NCBI RefSeq assembly: GCF_018350175.1
Contig: NC_058368.1
Coordinates: 82,028,001-82,092,000 of the forward strand
DNA from: Felis catus
Taxonomy: Eukaryota
Direction: 5' to 3'
Length of the DNA: 64,000 bases
Of the stretch, positions 41,116 through 55,014 are shown in pieces. The position numbers and the translations under genes were made by a program. Every line of letters starts with the position of its first letter. Within the stretch, counting starts at the first letter, position 1. The notes beneath the pieces are model-generated. The model saw only the letters and a list, made by a program, of their open reading frames with translations. It was not told the origin of the DNA and ran no database searches.

Positions 41116-42506
41116 GCTGCCGGGTCAGAACTGTTCATTTGTGAACATAGTTTATAACATAACGTTGTCGTATAAACTGTAAGCCCTGCTCACAGCCTAG
41201 CGATAGCAGCTTCGGGCCACTGTCAGAGACAGAAAACCTGAGCGGGACAGTGCAGTATGAGACGCCCCAGGCAGGATGCGGAAGGAGGCTGAGCCCTGGT
41301 CTGGGCCTGAGCTTCGCAGAGCCAGCAGGACTGGTGAGGGGCTGAGGTAGGAGAGGTGGTAGTGGAGGGGAGGGGGCAGCAAGTTTGAAGTGTGGTCTGT
41401 GTGGAAACAGGAGCCGCCCAGGAGGCACAGGTTGTGGGGGAGGCAGAGACGTGGATCGAGAAGACTGCTCGATGGCTTGTGGGGAGCAGCTGAAGCCGGA
41501 AGCGGAGATTGAGATTTTAGGAAGAAGCGGAGCAACAGTGAACACTTCTTCTGTACCTCACCTGCTACCTGCCTCGCCCAGTGTGGAAAGGGTTTACGGG
41601 CGTAAAGCAGTGTGTGTGATGCCATTTGCGGTTAGGGAAGGACAGGCAGAGACCCAGAGGCACCGTGAGCAGGGGTTGGGGTCAGGAGTCAAACCCAGGC
41701 GGCCGGCTCGAGCCCCCACGACTGACCGCTGTGCTTGACTGCTGTGTCCTCCAAGTGCACACGAGACCCAGGCCTGCACCTCCTACAGGGAACCAGAAAG
41801 GCCTTTTGTGGTGTGCATTGGAGGAAAGGCTTCACCACGGGTGGGGCTCCCCAGAATCCGCACTCACCTGTCTACTGCTCACCGCCCCCTTTCCGCCCCC
41901 CACTGCCCGTTCAGAAGACCCTGCTGGGTCCAGGCACTGAGTTGTGTCTGTCTGCCCGGTATCTGGCTCCTGGGGGACCTGTGGAGGTGTCTGAACAGAG
42001 CACAGGACCTTTTATCCCATGGTGTCTGCACAACTGCCGAGAGCTGGTTTCCTCCTGAATTCCTCAGCAACAAGCGGAGGGCGTGTGGTGGCCTCTTCGC
42101 AGTGCGTTTCACACTCCAGCCACCAACGAAGGGGATCGAGTGCCATCAGAGGAAGAGGTGTATGGCAAGCTCTGGAGAGGGACCAGAGACGGAAAAGGGA
42201 AGGATAGGGCCAGCCGGGTGGCGAGTGTGTGATCCCGCCCCAGGAAGAAGGATGTGAGCTGTTCCCAGATTGACGTACTTCTCAGTGATGCCTGACCCAC
42301 CCCAGGACACAGCCTTGATAAGAAAGCAAATACAAGGCACAGTAGGCTGGCCACAAATGAAAACACAACAAAGGAGTACTTGACAGGTGGATTGAGAGAA
42401 TTAGCAAATCAACAGTTTGGGCTAACAGGCACAGCATAGCTTGGAGCTTCACCTGGAACTTCTAAAATGAAACTAAAATCTAGTCTTGTTTTTACTGTTT
42501 GTACAG

Positions 42507-42669
42507 GGATATGGGATTGGAGCTTTTTAGAAACCATATCATTAGTGATAAAATGGTTCAGAGTAAAAGTATTGACGGGATTCTGCTATTAATTGAAAGA
42601 GAAAGAAGTGGTGAAGCCGTGGATCGGAGTTTGTTAAGAAGTCTGCTGAGTATGCTCTCTGACCTTCAG
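42507..42669 (+). CDS. CUL4A: CUL4A coding exon 6
   Basis: gtacag|G GAT ATG...CTT CAG|gtaatt; [54 protein letters not shown]; 163 nt. Confidence 0.96.
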
Positions 42670-42798
42670 GTAATTTGTCCTGTCCTAAACGTTTACCAAT
42701 AACTCCTACTAGTCTGTATCTATATCTGCTGAGTTTGCTGTCTGACCTTGGGTAATCTGCCCTGTCCTAAACGCCCCAATACTTCCTGATAGTCTGTA
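42642..42798 (+). repeat. Degenerate tandem duplication of the CUL4A exon 6/intron 6 junction
   Basis: Copy 1 at 42642-42718, copy 2 at 42725-42798. Confidence 0.88.
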
Positions 42799-43160
42799 CT
42801 ACTTATACCAAAATAAACTGGTGTATGAAAGATTTAAATGCAAAAAACTAAAATAATAAAAGTGGCTGTTAAAAATGAGCAAGAGGAGTGACTGTCAGGC
42901 TAATGCCACATCAGGAACCACAGAGGAAAGTGCCCTTAGGACACAGACCCAGTGCTCCAAGGCCAGGGCGGTGCCTCCTGCCCAGGCCCTTAAGGAGCTC
43001 ATGCACTGGGCCGATCTGCCCAGGCCTCTGAGGAGAGGCACACAGGCAACTCCTTAGGGCAAGTCACCGCAGCCATGCTCCCTCAAAAGCTTGGATTATC
43101 AGCACTTCCAAAGGTAGGTTTCTTTTCTGTAATTGGCCAGTAACTTTGCTCTTTTCTTAG

Positions 43161-43250
43161 GTATATAAAGATTCATTTGAAGTGAAATTTTTGGAAGAAA
43201 CTAATTGTTTATATGCTGCAGAAGGCCAGAGATTAATGCAAGAAAGAGAG
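43161..43250 (+). CDS. CUL4A: CUL4A coding exon 7
   Basis: ttcttag|GTA TAT...AGA GAG|gtaaga; [30 protein letters not shown]; 90 nt. Confidence 0.96.
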
Positions 43251-43446
43251 GTAAGACAAGGAGGTACTTCTGAGCCACCTCATTTCTTTTTAAAGAAGTG
43301 CGTTTAAGTTAATTTTTTAAAGTTTGTCTTTCCACATACACAAACATTTTATAAGAAATCTTCTGAAAGCCACAATCTAGCTGAAATTCTCAGTCACAGG
43401 CTTCATTGTTCTTACAGTAAAGACTTAATTTCTTATAACTTAGAAA

Positions 43447-43632
43447 CTTTTTTTAAATGTTTATTTTCAAGAGCAAGCACGAGTTGGGGAAGGGCAGAGA
43501 GGAGGACAGAGGATCCAAAATGGGCTCCAGGCTGTCAGCACAAAGCCCGACGCGGGGCTTGAACTCACGAACTGTGAGATCATGACCTGAGCCAAAGTTG
43601 GGCACTCGACCGACTGAGCTGCCCAGGCGCCC
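43447..43632 (-). mobile_element. CAN-SINE
   Basis: TSD acttagaaactttttt on both sides. Confidence 0.9.
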
Positions 43633-44576
43633 TTGACTTAGAAACTTTTTTATTGCCCTTCCCCTGCCAAGTGAAAAAGCCAGTAAGGTAGCTTCTACAT
43701 GTAAAGTAACTCAAGTTAAAACAAGAGGATAAAAGGAAATCTTAACTGTAAAGATGACCCAAGCACACCCCAAATCTTCCATTTGTATGAGGCTTTGGAA
43801 AAAATTACCCAAAAGACCACAGGAAAAAACATATAACAGTAGCCATATGAACCCAAAATCTTGGCAAGCAGTTAGAGCAGAGACTGAAGGAAGCCCCTGG
43901 GGACCCTCCCCCAAATGTTGATTGTTGTCGCGCAGGATGAACTGACCGTTGGTTCTCCATCCCGGTTTTGGAGAGGACACATTATGTGCGGTACCCAGCC
44001 TTGCTGCCACCACTGGGTCAGAGCGCTAGAGACCGTATTAGGGGGCCCCCTAGGCCGTCAGGTGACAGGAGGAATGCCCTTTACCTCTGGAGATCTTCTG
44101 CATCCGTGCTGTTTGGCCTCCCCAAGTGAACACCCAGTCTGTCGATTAGCTTTTGCTGACCCCACTTGTTTGGGGCCAGGGGATGCCATTAGGCCTGCAC
44201 CCTCTGACCTGAGTGCTGCTGCTCGCCTGCCCATAGGGCCTCAGTGATGGCAGGGACCCACGGCCTCGTCCCAGGAGCTTGACGGTGAGCGGGACACAGC
44301 AAAGAAGGGCTGCCCTGCCCTCACTCTAGAGGTCACTTTTACTGTCCAGAACTGAGTTTCAGGAAACTATACTATGTATCCTGCCCACCTTCATGCCCCC
44401 CGCTCATCTGTTCTCATACTTGCCTTGAATATATAAGGTGGGTTTTTTTGTTTTTTTAATTTTTCTGTGGACAACAGTGTTTCAGCTTCTTGGGTAACAT
44501 CAAGAATCTTTGTTACTTAAAAAAATAAATAAATAAAATCTTTGTTACTGACATGTTTAAATGTTGTGTTTGGAAG

Positions 44577-44659
44577 GTTCCAGAATATCTTAACCACGTA
44601 AGTAAGCGTTTAGAGGAGGAAGGAGACCGAGTAATCACGTACCTAGACCACAGCACACA
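44577..44659 (+). CDS. CUL4A: CUL4A coding exon 8
   Basis: tttggaag|GTT CCA...ACA CA|gtgagt; [27 protein letters not shown](Q); 83 nt. Confidence 0.95.
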
Positions 44660-47638
44660 GTGAGTACCATTCATTTACTCAGTTCTCACGGCGTGGCCGT
44701 AGCCCGCCCTGTTCCTGGCTGTTTATTGAAATAAACGCTGTCTTCATGGACTCAGCCAGTACTATCAGAGTATCTTTGTTGTTAGCACGTTTGGCTTATG
44801 TTATTTGTGATTATCCAGCACCTGTGAGTCACAACAAGTGCCCTGTTGTGAGTTCTCAGTGAGTTCTCATCCGAAAGGAGTACTTGAGGCTGAGGAACTT
44901 GGCATCTTGGGGTTTAGTGACAAGGGATTCTATTTATGTTGATGGAGTATAATTGAGTGTCGGGCACTTTGGGTTGTAAACTTTTTGTTAGACGTGGAAT
45001 GTAGCTGTAATTTTTATTTATGGTATTAAGTCACATTATTTTTTCTTCTCATCTAATTTTTGTTTTCTCTAAACCTGAAGTTGGTAAGCAGCTAGGGAAG
45101 AGTAAAAGAGAAAACTTGTGTGGATGTCTGTTTCTCACCCTGCACGTAACATTTATTCAAGTGAGGAGAGTTAAGAGAAACCAGAGATAGAAGAGACTGA
45201 AGGGTAGAAAGTGCAATGGGGCAGGCAGGATGAGAGGGGCACCGATGTGGCACCTTGAGAATACAGAGAACAGAGGGTCAGGAGAGGAAAGGTGAGCTTG
45301 CTTTAGACATTTGAGGGGCCCATGGGGAGCCCCAGGTCTACATAGAAGGATGGTCGTGCTGAAGCCAGGACAGCTGTGTTCCGGGTCCCCTGGGGACCAG
45401 GGAGTCACAGGGGCTGGAGGTCGGCAGCAGGGACGCACAGGGAGTAGGAGGGAAAATGATGTGCCAGTAGGTCACATCAAGGTTGGATAAGAGTCTTCGC
45501 TAAGTATCTGGAACATTTTTTTCTGTTGATGTTTTCCATATACTGTGAAGTTCAAGAACTTCAGGGAGAGAGATACATGGTAAATCATGGTGAACAGCAA
45601 GCAAATCACCCGCCCAGTTCAGGATGGAGGGGGCGGGGCACTGGGGCCCCTGGGGCCTTCTACCTTATGACCTGTAGGCGTTGGACACAGCAGTCCTTTT
45701 CCTTTTCACACGTGCTCATCCACCCCTGTGCATATACTAAATTTGAAATTTCTCCCCCCAATTTTAAAAAGTATATTGCTTACAAGTATATGTAAGTTAT
45801 TTAAGCAAACGAATAACAGATAAAGGTGGTTCGCCTCTGGGCTCGGCTCGAGCACAGGTGGATGGAGGGCGCACTGACTGAGGCGGCTCCTGCCACGCTG
45901 GGTGATTCAGATGTCACAAAATAAACAGTTGCCGTCAAGGACAGAAGAGGGAAGCCACGGCTGAGCAAGCCACACCTGCCTTCGCGCTGGGCTCCACATG
46001 CCCCTTCCTGCCCCCACGCCCTCAGAGCACAGTAGACGGCATCCTGGACGTGGAGCATGCTTGAGGGCAGTGGGGCACTGCTTTGAACTGCACCTTGTGA
46101 CCCGCCTCATGCTGGACACCACAGCCAGGTCACCCGGCAGGCCCTACCCCAGGGACTCTCATCCCTCAGTGTGGGAAGGACCCGCTTTCCTGCTGCTTGG
46201 CACAGTCGGTAGATTGTCACTTTGTCACTGTAGATTATAAGGTCGATTCTTGGGCACCTGGGTGCTGAGGCAGCGCGTTCCCCAGGACTGCACCTCTGGG
46301 CTCGAGGGGCCTGCAGTTTCTGCCCTGGGCTCTGCTGGGACCTGTCAACAGCACCCGGGCTCATGTGGGTGCTGCATGGGCTGTTGGAATGGAAACGGTG
46401 ATGGAGTCTTGATTGCACGCCGCCTGGAGGCAGTGGTTCCGTGAACACAGGACAAGTCGCTCGGTGAAGCCAGTCATCGGGAAACTGCACATCAAAACCA
46501 GTCTGGTTCCACCTCACGCCTGCCACCGTGGCTTTTGAGTAAAAAAGGCACACAGCACGAAGCCCTGGCGAGGACCAGCAGAAGTCAGAACCGCCGTGCA
46601 TGGTCAGTAGGAACATGGGCAGCTGCCCAGAAGACGGATCGTTAGCTCCTCAGCTCTCCAAAGTGGTAGACAGAGCTAGGTGTTTTTTCAACACACCAGT
46701 TCTACTCCCAAATAGATAAGTAAAAACATCCGCAAGACTTGCTTGCAAATATTCAGGCAGCGTTACTCAGTAGTCAACAAGGAGAAACCACCCGCTGCCC
46801 CCTGGTGACGTGCCGCTGAAGCTGTTTGGAGGAGGATCGGTGCACTACTGGCCCTCCCTGCTGTCAGCCCCTGACCTCTGACCTCCGCCCCCACCTCCCG
46901 TCATCGTGCTGCCCCTCCCGGAGGCAGACCCTCACCTCTCAGTGGGCACAGTCCCTGACCTCTGCTCTCTCGCAAGGGGGGTATGTGCTTTCTCTGGGGT
47001 CGCTGTTAGGTTTAAGGTGGGCCATTGTAAAGTTCTTTATGAAGCAAAGACTTGAGAAGATACCCGAAGTTAATAATCTTGGGACTAAAGCACATGTCTG
47101 ATTAAGAACTAAAACAACATGAACTATGGAATATGTACTCAGGAAGGACAGTTGTGCATGTCCCCATGACTGTGGCAGTCACACTTGGCGATGTTTCAGA
47201 GTTTCAAATATTCTGTTCGATGTGATACTTCCGTAGTGTGGGCCTCACAGAGGAGCTTCCTTGATAAGTGGTGATGGGAGGGGGCAGGCCTGTCCATGTA
47301 GAGGTTGTGGGGCCTGGAGCAGGGGCGGCCGCGGAGTGGGGGACGGGGCCAGTGTGCCTTGAATCCGAAAGGCAAAGCTTTGTTTTGACAATTGCCAGCC
47401 AGGCATGGGGGTGCAGGGCACTTGACTGTCTGCTGGTGTCTCCTTTTCCCTGGACCCCTGATCTCTGTTGTCCAGTAAGATTGTCTTTAGAAAGAGTTCA
47501 GAGTCCTCATGGACAGCAGGGAGATGGCTGTTCTGATTAACTCCGTGTCAGGTGTGTAGACAGTAAATGCCCCATCTTTACAAGTGATCAAAGTCTCTCC
47601 ATCAATTGCTTACACCTTGTCTTTTTGCCTCATAATAG

Positions 47639-47706
47639 GAAACCACTGATTGCTTGTGTGGAGAAACAGCTGTTAGGAGAACATTTGACAGCAATTCTGC
47701 AGAAAG
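47639..47706 (+). CDS. CUL4A: CUL4A coding exon 9
   Basis: cataatag|G AAA CCA...AAA G|gtagat; KPLIACVEKQLLGEHLTAILQK; 68 nt. Confidence 0.95.
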
Positions 47707-49780
47707 GTAGATTTTCCTAACTTTTGTGTCAAGTTACCCTGCATGGTTGCCCTTGACCATGAGTGAGTGAAACGGCGTAAATACCAGCTTAAGGACATCC
47801 ATTACGATGAGACAGTCACTAAAAATCATTGGCAATAACGAGCATGTTAGCCCTGGAAACACCGGGAAAGGCGTCTGGTAGAAATCAAGAAATCACAGGA
47901 CATGCTGTTCTCAGCTGAAGCCGCTGAGAAACCCCCTGGGCCACAGACAGCTTGCAGCTGGGTCCTTGTGCGGTGCCTACGGGTGCTGGCAGGCACAGAG
48001 CTCCCAAGGGTGCAGGCTGGTCGCACGGGCTGCACGGCTGTGGTGGGGCTTCCTCCCCACCGCAGCCCCCCAAGAGGCTGAACGCCACGTGAACTGCCAG
48101 GTGGCTGGGGACTTCGGCCAGAGTCCCAAGTATGCCGGACAGACCCTCCGCTGGCAGAGGGAGGGCGCAGCACTGCTGACTGGGCAGCGTGCCCTCTTGC
48201 GCCACATCCCTGGTGCTGCTCGTCAGGCCCTGGTAAGGGTGGTTCCAGCAGCTACTGTGTGTCCCGGAGGAGCGTCCCGCCTGCCCTCTGTGTCTGTGCC
48301 CTTCACAGTGTGCTTAGTTATCTGGGGTTCAGAGTGCACGGTCTCCCCCTTTTCAGTCCTTCACAGTACTTTGTATAACTATTAGGTGTGTAATGTTACC
48401 ATTTGAAAGTCATGATGGAGCTACAGGATTTATTTCAAGATGTTGGAGACCTTAAAGCTTAATTATGGGGAGGCCCAGAATTATGGACGTAAATTATAAA
48501 TTATAAGAAAAATAAATAGCCAAATATATTCTGATTTGGACTCTGCTCTGCCAGGTGGTGGTTATTATATGTAATGAGACACCTGAGCATAGGGTCTCCC
48601 CGTGAAACCAGAACAAAGCCAGGAGGGGAGAGCTGGCATTACTGAGTGCCGGTATCTTCTAGGCCCAGAAACCCTCCCTCCCCACCCTGTGAGGTCATGA
48701 CCCCATCATACAAGTAAGGAAAGCGGCTCCGAACAGCCTGACACAGGTGCCTCCAAGCACAGCCCCTAAGCCAAGGTCCAGGTGCGAATCTGGATCTCTG
48801 TCCTTCTGCACTGGGAATCATTCACACGGACGAGGTCTGGATTTACTGTCCGCCTAAAGCAAGTGTGTTCAAACCCCATACTAGGTATTTTCTGAAAGGA
48901 GTCTTAGGATGAATGACTTTAAGTAAATAGTAGAAATTTGCATAAAGTCTTCCAAGAACATGGCAAATTATGTACAAGCTTAATCTAAATTTTATTAAGA
49001 GACATTTGAAAAATGAGAAGCTGTAGTTTATGAGTTCTTGAAGAAAGACATTTAGGGTTTCAGTAGGATAAATTATAAAAAATTATTTGCAAAAAAAATT
49101 ATTTGCATCACTAGGTCAGAATGTAATTCGGAGAAATAAACATTCGGAGCCCTTGCTAAAGATGTGTGATTCTGGCCCCAGGACGCACCTGTGTGCACCT
49201 GTTTACCTCCTTTGATGTGTGGACACTGTGCCCCCGTGACAGAAGAACCTGAGACTTGAGTCACATGGCTCACACCTCCCCACGCCTGGCCTCGCAGCCT
49301 CTGCGGGGCTGTCACAAAGCAGACATCTTAGACAGTTTTCTCTTCGTGATTTCCATACTGTTTTAGAAAGGCTTCGTAAAAATCTAAATACCTAAAACAG
49401 GAAAACCCCCAAAAGTGCTATGTTAAATACTTCAGAATCCCCAACGGACAGCAGACGCTTCTCTCCCACGGCTTATTGCATAAGCGGATAGAGTAGATGA
49501 CCTGACAGGTTAGACTCGGGCCCCCAGATCTGCTCTCTGAGCGATGATAGTGAGAGGTGCCCAGGGGCGCTGCCCTGGCCGCTGTGTTAGTGGGACCGGG
49601 GCTCCGGCGACCTGAATTGAGCAGCACAGCCGCTAGCGTCCTCTGGCGGTGGGGCCTAGCCAACGGGGCCGTGTAGGACTGTTTCTCACCCACGGAGGAC
49701 AGGGGTCAGCCCCACACGTGTGAGGCGCCCGTTCACACATGGACCCCCGAGCCGCCCTAACGCTCGCTGTGCCGTCACAG

Positions 49781-49899
49781 GGCTCGACCAGCTGCTGGAC
49801 GAGAACCGAGTGCCCGACCTCACCCAGATGTACCAGCTGTTCAGCCGCGTGAAGGGTGGGCAGCAGGTCCTGCTGCAGCACTGGAGCGAGTACATCAAG
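49781..49899 (+). CDS. CUL4A: CUL4A coding exon 10
   Basis: tcacag|GG CTC GAC...ATC AAG|gtgcgt; (G)[39 protein letters not shown]; 119 nt. Confidence 0.96.
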
Positions 49900-51847
49900 G
49901 TGCGTGGGGCTGTCGTGATGCGCGGTGACCGTGCCTGTGGAGGGCAGCGTCCTGTCTCCCGGCCGTGTGGCTCCTAACATGGGGAGGGGCTCTTCTCGAG
50001 GCGGGGGCTCGGGTGGACAGCAGTCTTGCGTTTCCTCCCCGATGACTGAGGCAAACCTTTTCTGAAAGATGGCCCCGCCTGTGAGCACCCCACAGCCAGA
50101 CGTTATTAAAGGCTGCCATCGGTCACCTGCCCGGGCTCCGGTGCCACGTACAGCTACAACTTTCAAAAAGTTGCATTTCTGTGCATCTGATTTTTAAACA
50201 CCTCATGCCTTTGCTCATCGACCATGAGAATGGTTACACGTTTTGGTGTATCCATTTGGTGGCATGTGTGCTGCCACGTCTCCCACCATCCAGATCCGTT
50301 ACTGTCACAGTGCTGTGATGTTTCTGTGACGCGTCTGTATACGGTCATGGGAAGGCAGCAGCAGGGCCCTCATGCCGACGGAGGGGGTGGGGGCGCACAA
50401 GGCTGTGCTGGTGACAAGTCGGGGGAACAGCATACTCTGGGGCGGGGCGGGGGGGCAACCTGGAGAAGCTGGACGCAGTGTGCCAGTGCCAGGATCCTGG
50501 TGGTGATACCATTCTGCAGCTTTGCCGGATATTGCCATCAGGGGGAGCTGAGCCAAGTGTAGGAGGGATCTCTGTTCTTTCCGCTGCACGTGAATCTGTA
50601 GTGGTCACAGAAAGTTCAGTTATATAGAAAGGATGATGGAAAGCTTGCACGCATGCTGCTTTATGGAATAATCAGTCCTAAGATTGCTTATCTGCCTCCA
50701 CGTGGGAAGCTCATGCCCACAGGCACAACCCCCTGATACTTTGTACACAACAACATGGAGCTGGACGTGGTTACCAACTCACGCCAGCAACAGAGCTGTA
50801 TGTTCCAGAAAGATTGAAGAACGAGGGCTTTGCTGATGAGTAGCCCTAGGAGCAGGAACGTGTGCTGAACGCGAGAGCTCCCCTGTACACATACAGTCCA
50901 GGTCTTAGAGATCAGTGGTGTGACCGCTGTTCCTGAGTGTCCGTCAGCGACATGCAGTCACACTGACAGGAGTGGAGATTATGTTCTACACTGTGTCGTT
51001 ATCACAGTGAAGCTGATCCCTGGCAGTGTGTGTGTGTTATTTTTAAATGCACTCAGTACAAAAGTGTACGGAGGAAAATCCCTCCCACCCCAGCTGGGCA
51101 TACCGTGTCCCTCTCCAGAAGGGATCGCTGCCAGTTGCATTTGTACCATTTTGCCAGTAATCTGCCTTCACTTATGTACAGGATACGTAAGTATGTGTAC
51201 GTATGCTATTAAGACCAGTTTTCCCAAAGTACATATCTGAAAAGACAAAATTGGACTGAGGGAATTTTGAAGATCTTACTGGCTTTATTTGGTACCATCC
51301 AGCGGATAGAAAGGAGCCTCGGGGAGCTGTGTGATAGGGAAGCCTTTTATAGACAGGACGGGGCAGGACTAGGAAGTTATCCTGGCAAAGACTGATTGCT
51401 TGTGGCAAGGTCACCTTCCTGAGGGGATGACAGGGAACCGTCTGGCAGATGACGTCACTAGTGCTGACAAGCCTAGTGATTGAGTGCTTGAAGACTCTGT
51501 TCCTCGGAGGGGCCAAAACCTCAGTTAGGTCAGGTGTTAAGCCCTGGTTTGCTGACATGAGGCTTAGCACAGTGACTCCATTTGGGGCCTGCTGTCTCTG
51601 TCCCTTCTCTAAACACATCAAATAGTATAATTGTATCTACCAAAGTTTATATCATCAAACAGCTAACTATTATTGTCACATAATAGACTTCTAGTGATGT
51701 TTAATATAGCATTTTTCAATTAAAAATGCAGCCTAAAACTGGGCTTTGGTTAGCAGTGGAAGAAAAAGGAAACTCTAGTCAAGAAGTCCAAGTAGGTGTG
51801 TTGGATTAATGGGAACGTCTGAGAAATTTGTAAGTGAAAGTTTTCAG

Positions 51848-52026
51848 GTTTTTTTAAAATGTTAATTTATTTTGGGCAGGGGGTGGGGGTTGGCTGGGGA
51901 GGGCAGAGGGAGAGAGAGAATCTCCACGGAGCCCAGTATGGGGCTTGAACTCACGAACTGTGAGATCATGACCTGAGCTGAGATCAAGAGTTGGATGCTC
52001 AACCGACTGAGCCACCCAGGTGCCCC
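51848..52026 (-). mobile_element. CAN-SINE
   Basis: Antisense SINE ending gagccacccaggtgcccc. Confidence 0.88.
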
Positions 52027-52273
52027 AGTAAAAGTTTATTTTTATTTTTGTTTTTAAGCAGTGGACATTTTCCCACTAATTCACAAATTCTTTCAAAAGC
52101 AGGATTCAAACACTGAAGCATTAATTGTATATTCACTTAACTTCTTGAACGTACACTGAATTTGTGGAACTTTTGAAACGATTTAGTATTTAACACCAAT
52201 GGTGATTATTAAAGTCTCAGGAGAACATGTGTGGTGCTGTTACCTGCCACTGATGCGGTGTGTGTTCTTGTAG

Positions 52274-52466
52274 ACTTTCGGGACAACAATTGTCATCAAT
52301 CCTGAGAAAGACAAAGATATGGTACAGGACCTGCTGGATTTTAAGGACCGAGTGGACCACGTGATAGAAGCATGCTTCCAGAGGAACGAGAAGTTCATCA
52401 ACTTGATGAAGGAGTCCTTTGAGACGTTTATCAATAAGAGGCCGAATAAGCCCGCAGAACTGATAG
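52274..52466 (+). CDS. CUL4A: CUL4A coding exon 11
   Basis: ttgtag|ACT TTC...ATA G|gtagaa; [64 protein letters not shown]; 193 nt. Confidence 0.96.
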
Positions 52467-53179
52467 GTAGAAAACGTATTTCCAGACGTTGTTTTAATAT
52501 GGGAAAAGAAAGCAGAACTTAAGCAAAACCTTTCCCCAGAATCTTTAAGCTCCCCTTGGGGAGGGTGGAGAAGGGTTGTGTGTATACTTATCATGTGTGT
52601 GTAGAAGCACACACGGCATCTATAAGGGAGAACGGAGCAGTGATTTTGTCAAGTGGCAGCTTGATGTCACAGAAGAAGGAAGAGAGAGTACAGAGGTGCT
52701 TCTGGTTCTGTCTGGAGCACGGCCGCTGATCTGCGCTCTGGGATCGGAAGAAGAGGGTTTGCTATATACGAGTGCCTCGGCGTTACGAGGGTAACGTGAC
52801 CAATTAGCATGGAGACGTTAGTGTGTCCCTGTCTTCGCGTTATCTCACCAGCATTAAAATAGGGTAAAATTGGATGTGGTCTTAAAAGATCACGTTTTAA
52901 GAGGAAGCAGTTTTTAAATTGTCACTTTATACAATTATGTCGTGATAATAGCAAAGCATATTTCGGGATTCATAGACTCTCACTAGTCAGTGGAAGTTTT
53001 TAGGCAAAGGGCAAAGAAAGATGTAGTAAGTACAGTGATTCAGCGTTGAACTTCCTACTGTTGAGGGTATGTGATGGGGACATGGGGTTCATTGTGCAGT
53101 TTCTACCTCTGTGTATGTTCAGAGGATTTCATAATGAAAAAATTGTGAAGGGAGAAAACTAATAAAAGCAGCGACGAAA

Positions 53180-53299
53180 GGGGCACCTGGCTGGCTCAGC
53201 CAGTGGAGTGTGCGACTCTTAATCTTGGTGTTGTGGGTTCAAGGCCCACATTGAGCGTAGAGATTACTTAAAAAAAAATAAATCTTTAAAAAAGAAAAA
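53180..53299 (+). mobile_element. Short CAN-SINE variant
   Basis: ggggcacctggctggctcag...gtagagattactta plus A-tail. Confidence 0.85.
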
Positions 53300-53717
53300 G
53301 CAACCAAACAAAAAATTCACAAGGCAGTTTAGCTTGGCCTTCATACCACTTTCTGGATTGTGGTTTCTCCAGAGGTGGGTATTGAACTCCTGGAGTGTGG
53401 GCTTCTGGAAGGCATGGCCAATCTGTGGTCTCAGGTACGAGAGGCCTGTGTTCAGGGATGCTACATCTGGAAGGTGGGGCCCTCCCGTTGCTGGAGCAGC
53501 GGTATAATTATTTATCTCCCATGACTTGAAAGTACTTCTCATAGAAAATTCACATGATCTGCCTTTTGTCATAAAATAATATCTTTTTGGAAAGGTTCTA
53601 GAGTGTTGCTGTCTACTTTTTGCTTGTAGAAATTAAAGATGCTCTTTTTTCTATTTAGAAAATGTATTATATAAGAAATACTTGTTTTTTAAATACTGTA
53701 AACTTTTACTCTCACAG

Positions 53718-53822
53718 CAAAACATGTTGATTCAAAATTGAGAGCGGGTAATAAAGAAGCAACAGACGAGGAGCTGGAGAGGATTCTCGACAAGGTCATG
53801 ATAATATTCAGGTTCATTCACG
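53718..53822 (+). CDS. CUL4A: CUL4A coding exon 12
   Basis: ctcacag|CA AAA CAT...CAC G|gtgaga; (A)[34 protein letters not shown]; 105 nt. Confidence 0.96.
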
Positions 53823-54127
53823 GTGAGACACACTCTGCGCTGTTCCTATTAACACTGAGCAGGGAGAGACGAGACGGTCAACACGTCTGTACATGGGCCC
53901 CCTCTTTTCCTTGAGACAGATGGACAGAAACACTCCCGCTTCCGTGTCAGCACGGGGAATGGAGGGGTGGGCGCCCACCGATGGCAGCGCAGGTGTCCTC
54001 CTATGGGGGCATCCCGCACAGGCCCCTGCTGAGCTCCCTGCGGCACAGCCGCCACTGGAGTCTCAGCAGGAGTGAACAAGTGCGTGTTAATAGTCCAGCG
54101 TCTCACGTCATTTTCATTTGCTTATAA

Positions 54128-54508
<381 letters not shown>

Positions 54509-54831
54509 TGAGAATCATACTGCTCATATCCACATGTCCAAATAACTGAAATTCAAAATGAAAAAGAAAAGTAATCCCTAAAAATGCATAAAAATTTTTG
54601 ATTTAAAGAAGTGTCCTAGTGTCCTGTATTGGTAACATAACCAAGAAAGAAAAAATATCCCAAATGACTTTGGAACATGTTGCATGGCTTCAGTGGGATG
54701 TGTTCTTGGGACTAGGTGCAAACACATGTTGAACTGTGGTTTGAAAATTACACTGTTTATTCTTTTACGAACTAGTTATTTTTGATGACATTCTACAGTA
54801 ATTGTTTCCTCTTGGTTTTCTTTGTCTTTAG

Positions 54832-54939
54832 TATATGCAGAATCAGAGTGACCCAGGCTCTATAGATCTAACCGTGAACATACTTACAATGGGGTACTGG
54901 CCAACATACACACCTATGGAAGTGCATTTGACTCCAGAA
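54832..54939 (+). CDS. CUL4A: CUL4A coding exon 15
   Basis: ctttag|TAT ATG CAG...CCA GAA|gtaagt; [36 protein letters not shown]; 108 nt. Confidence 0.96.
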
Positions 54940-55014
54940 GTAAGTGTTTCAAAGAGTGTTTGCCCTTTATTTTTCATATGTCAGTGTTGCCAAAGTACCG
55001 TGGACTGCTTTGGG

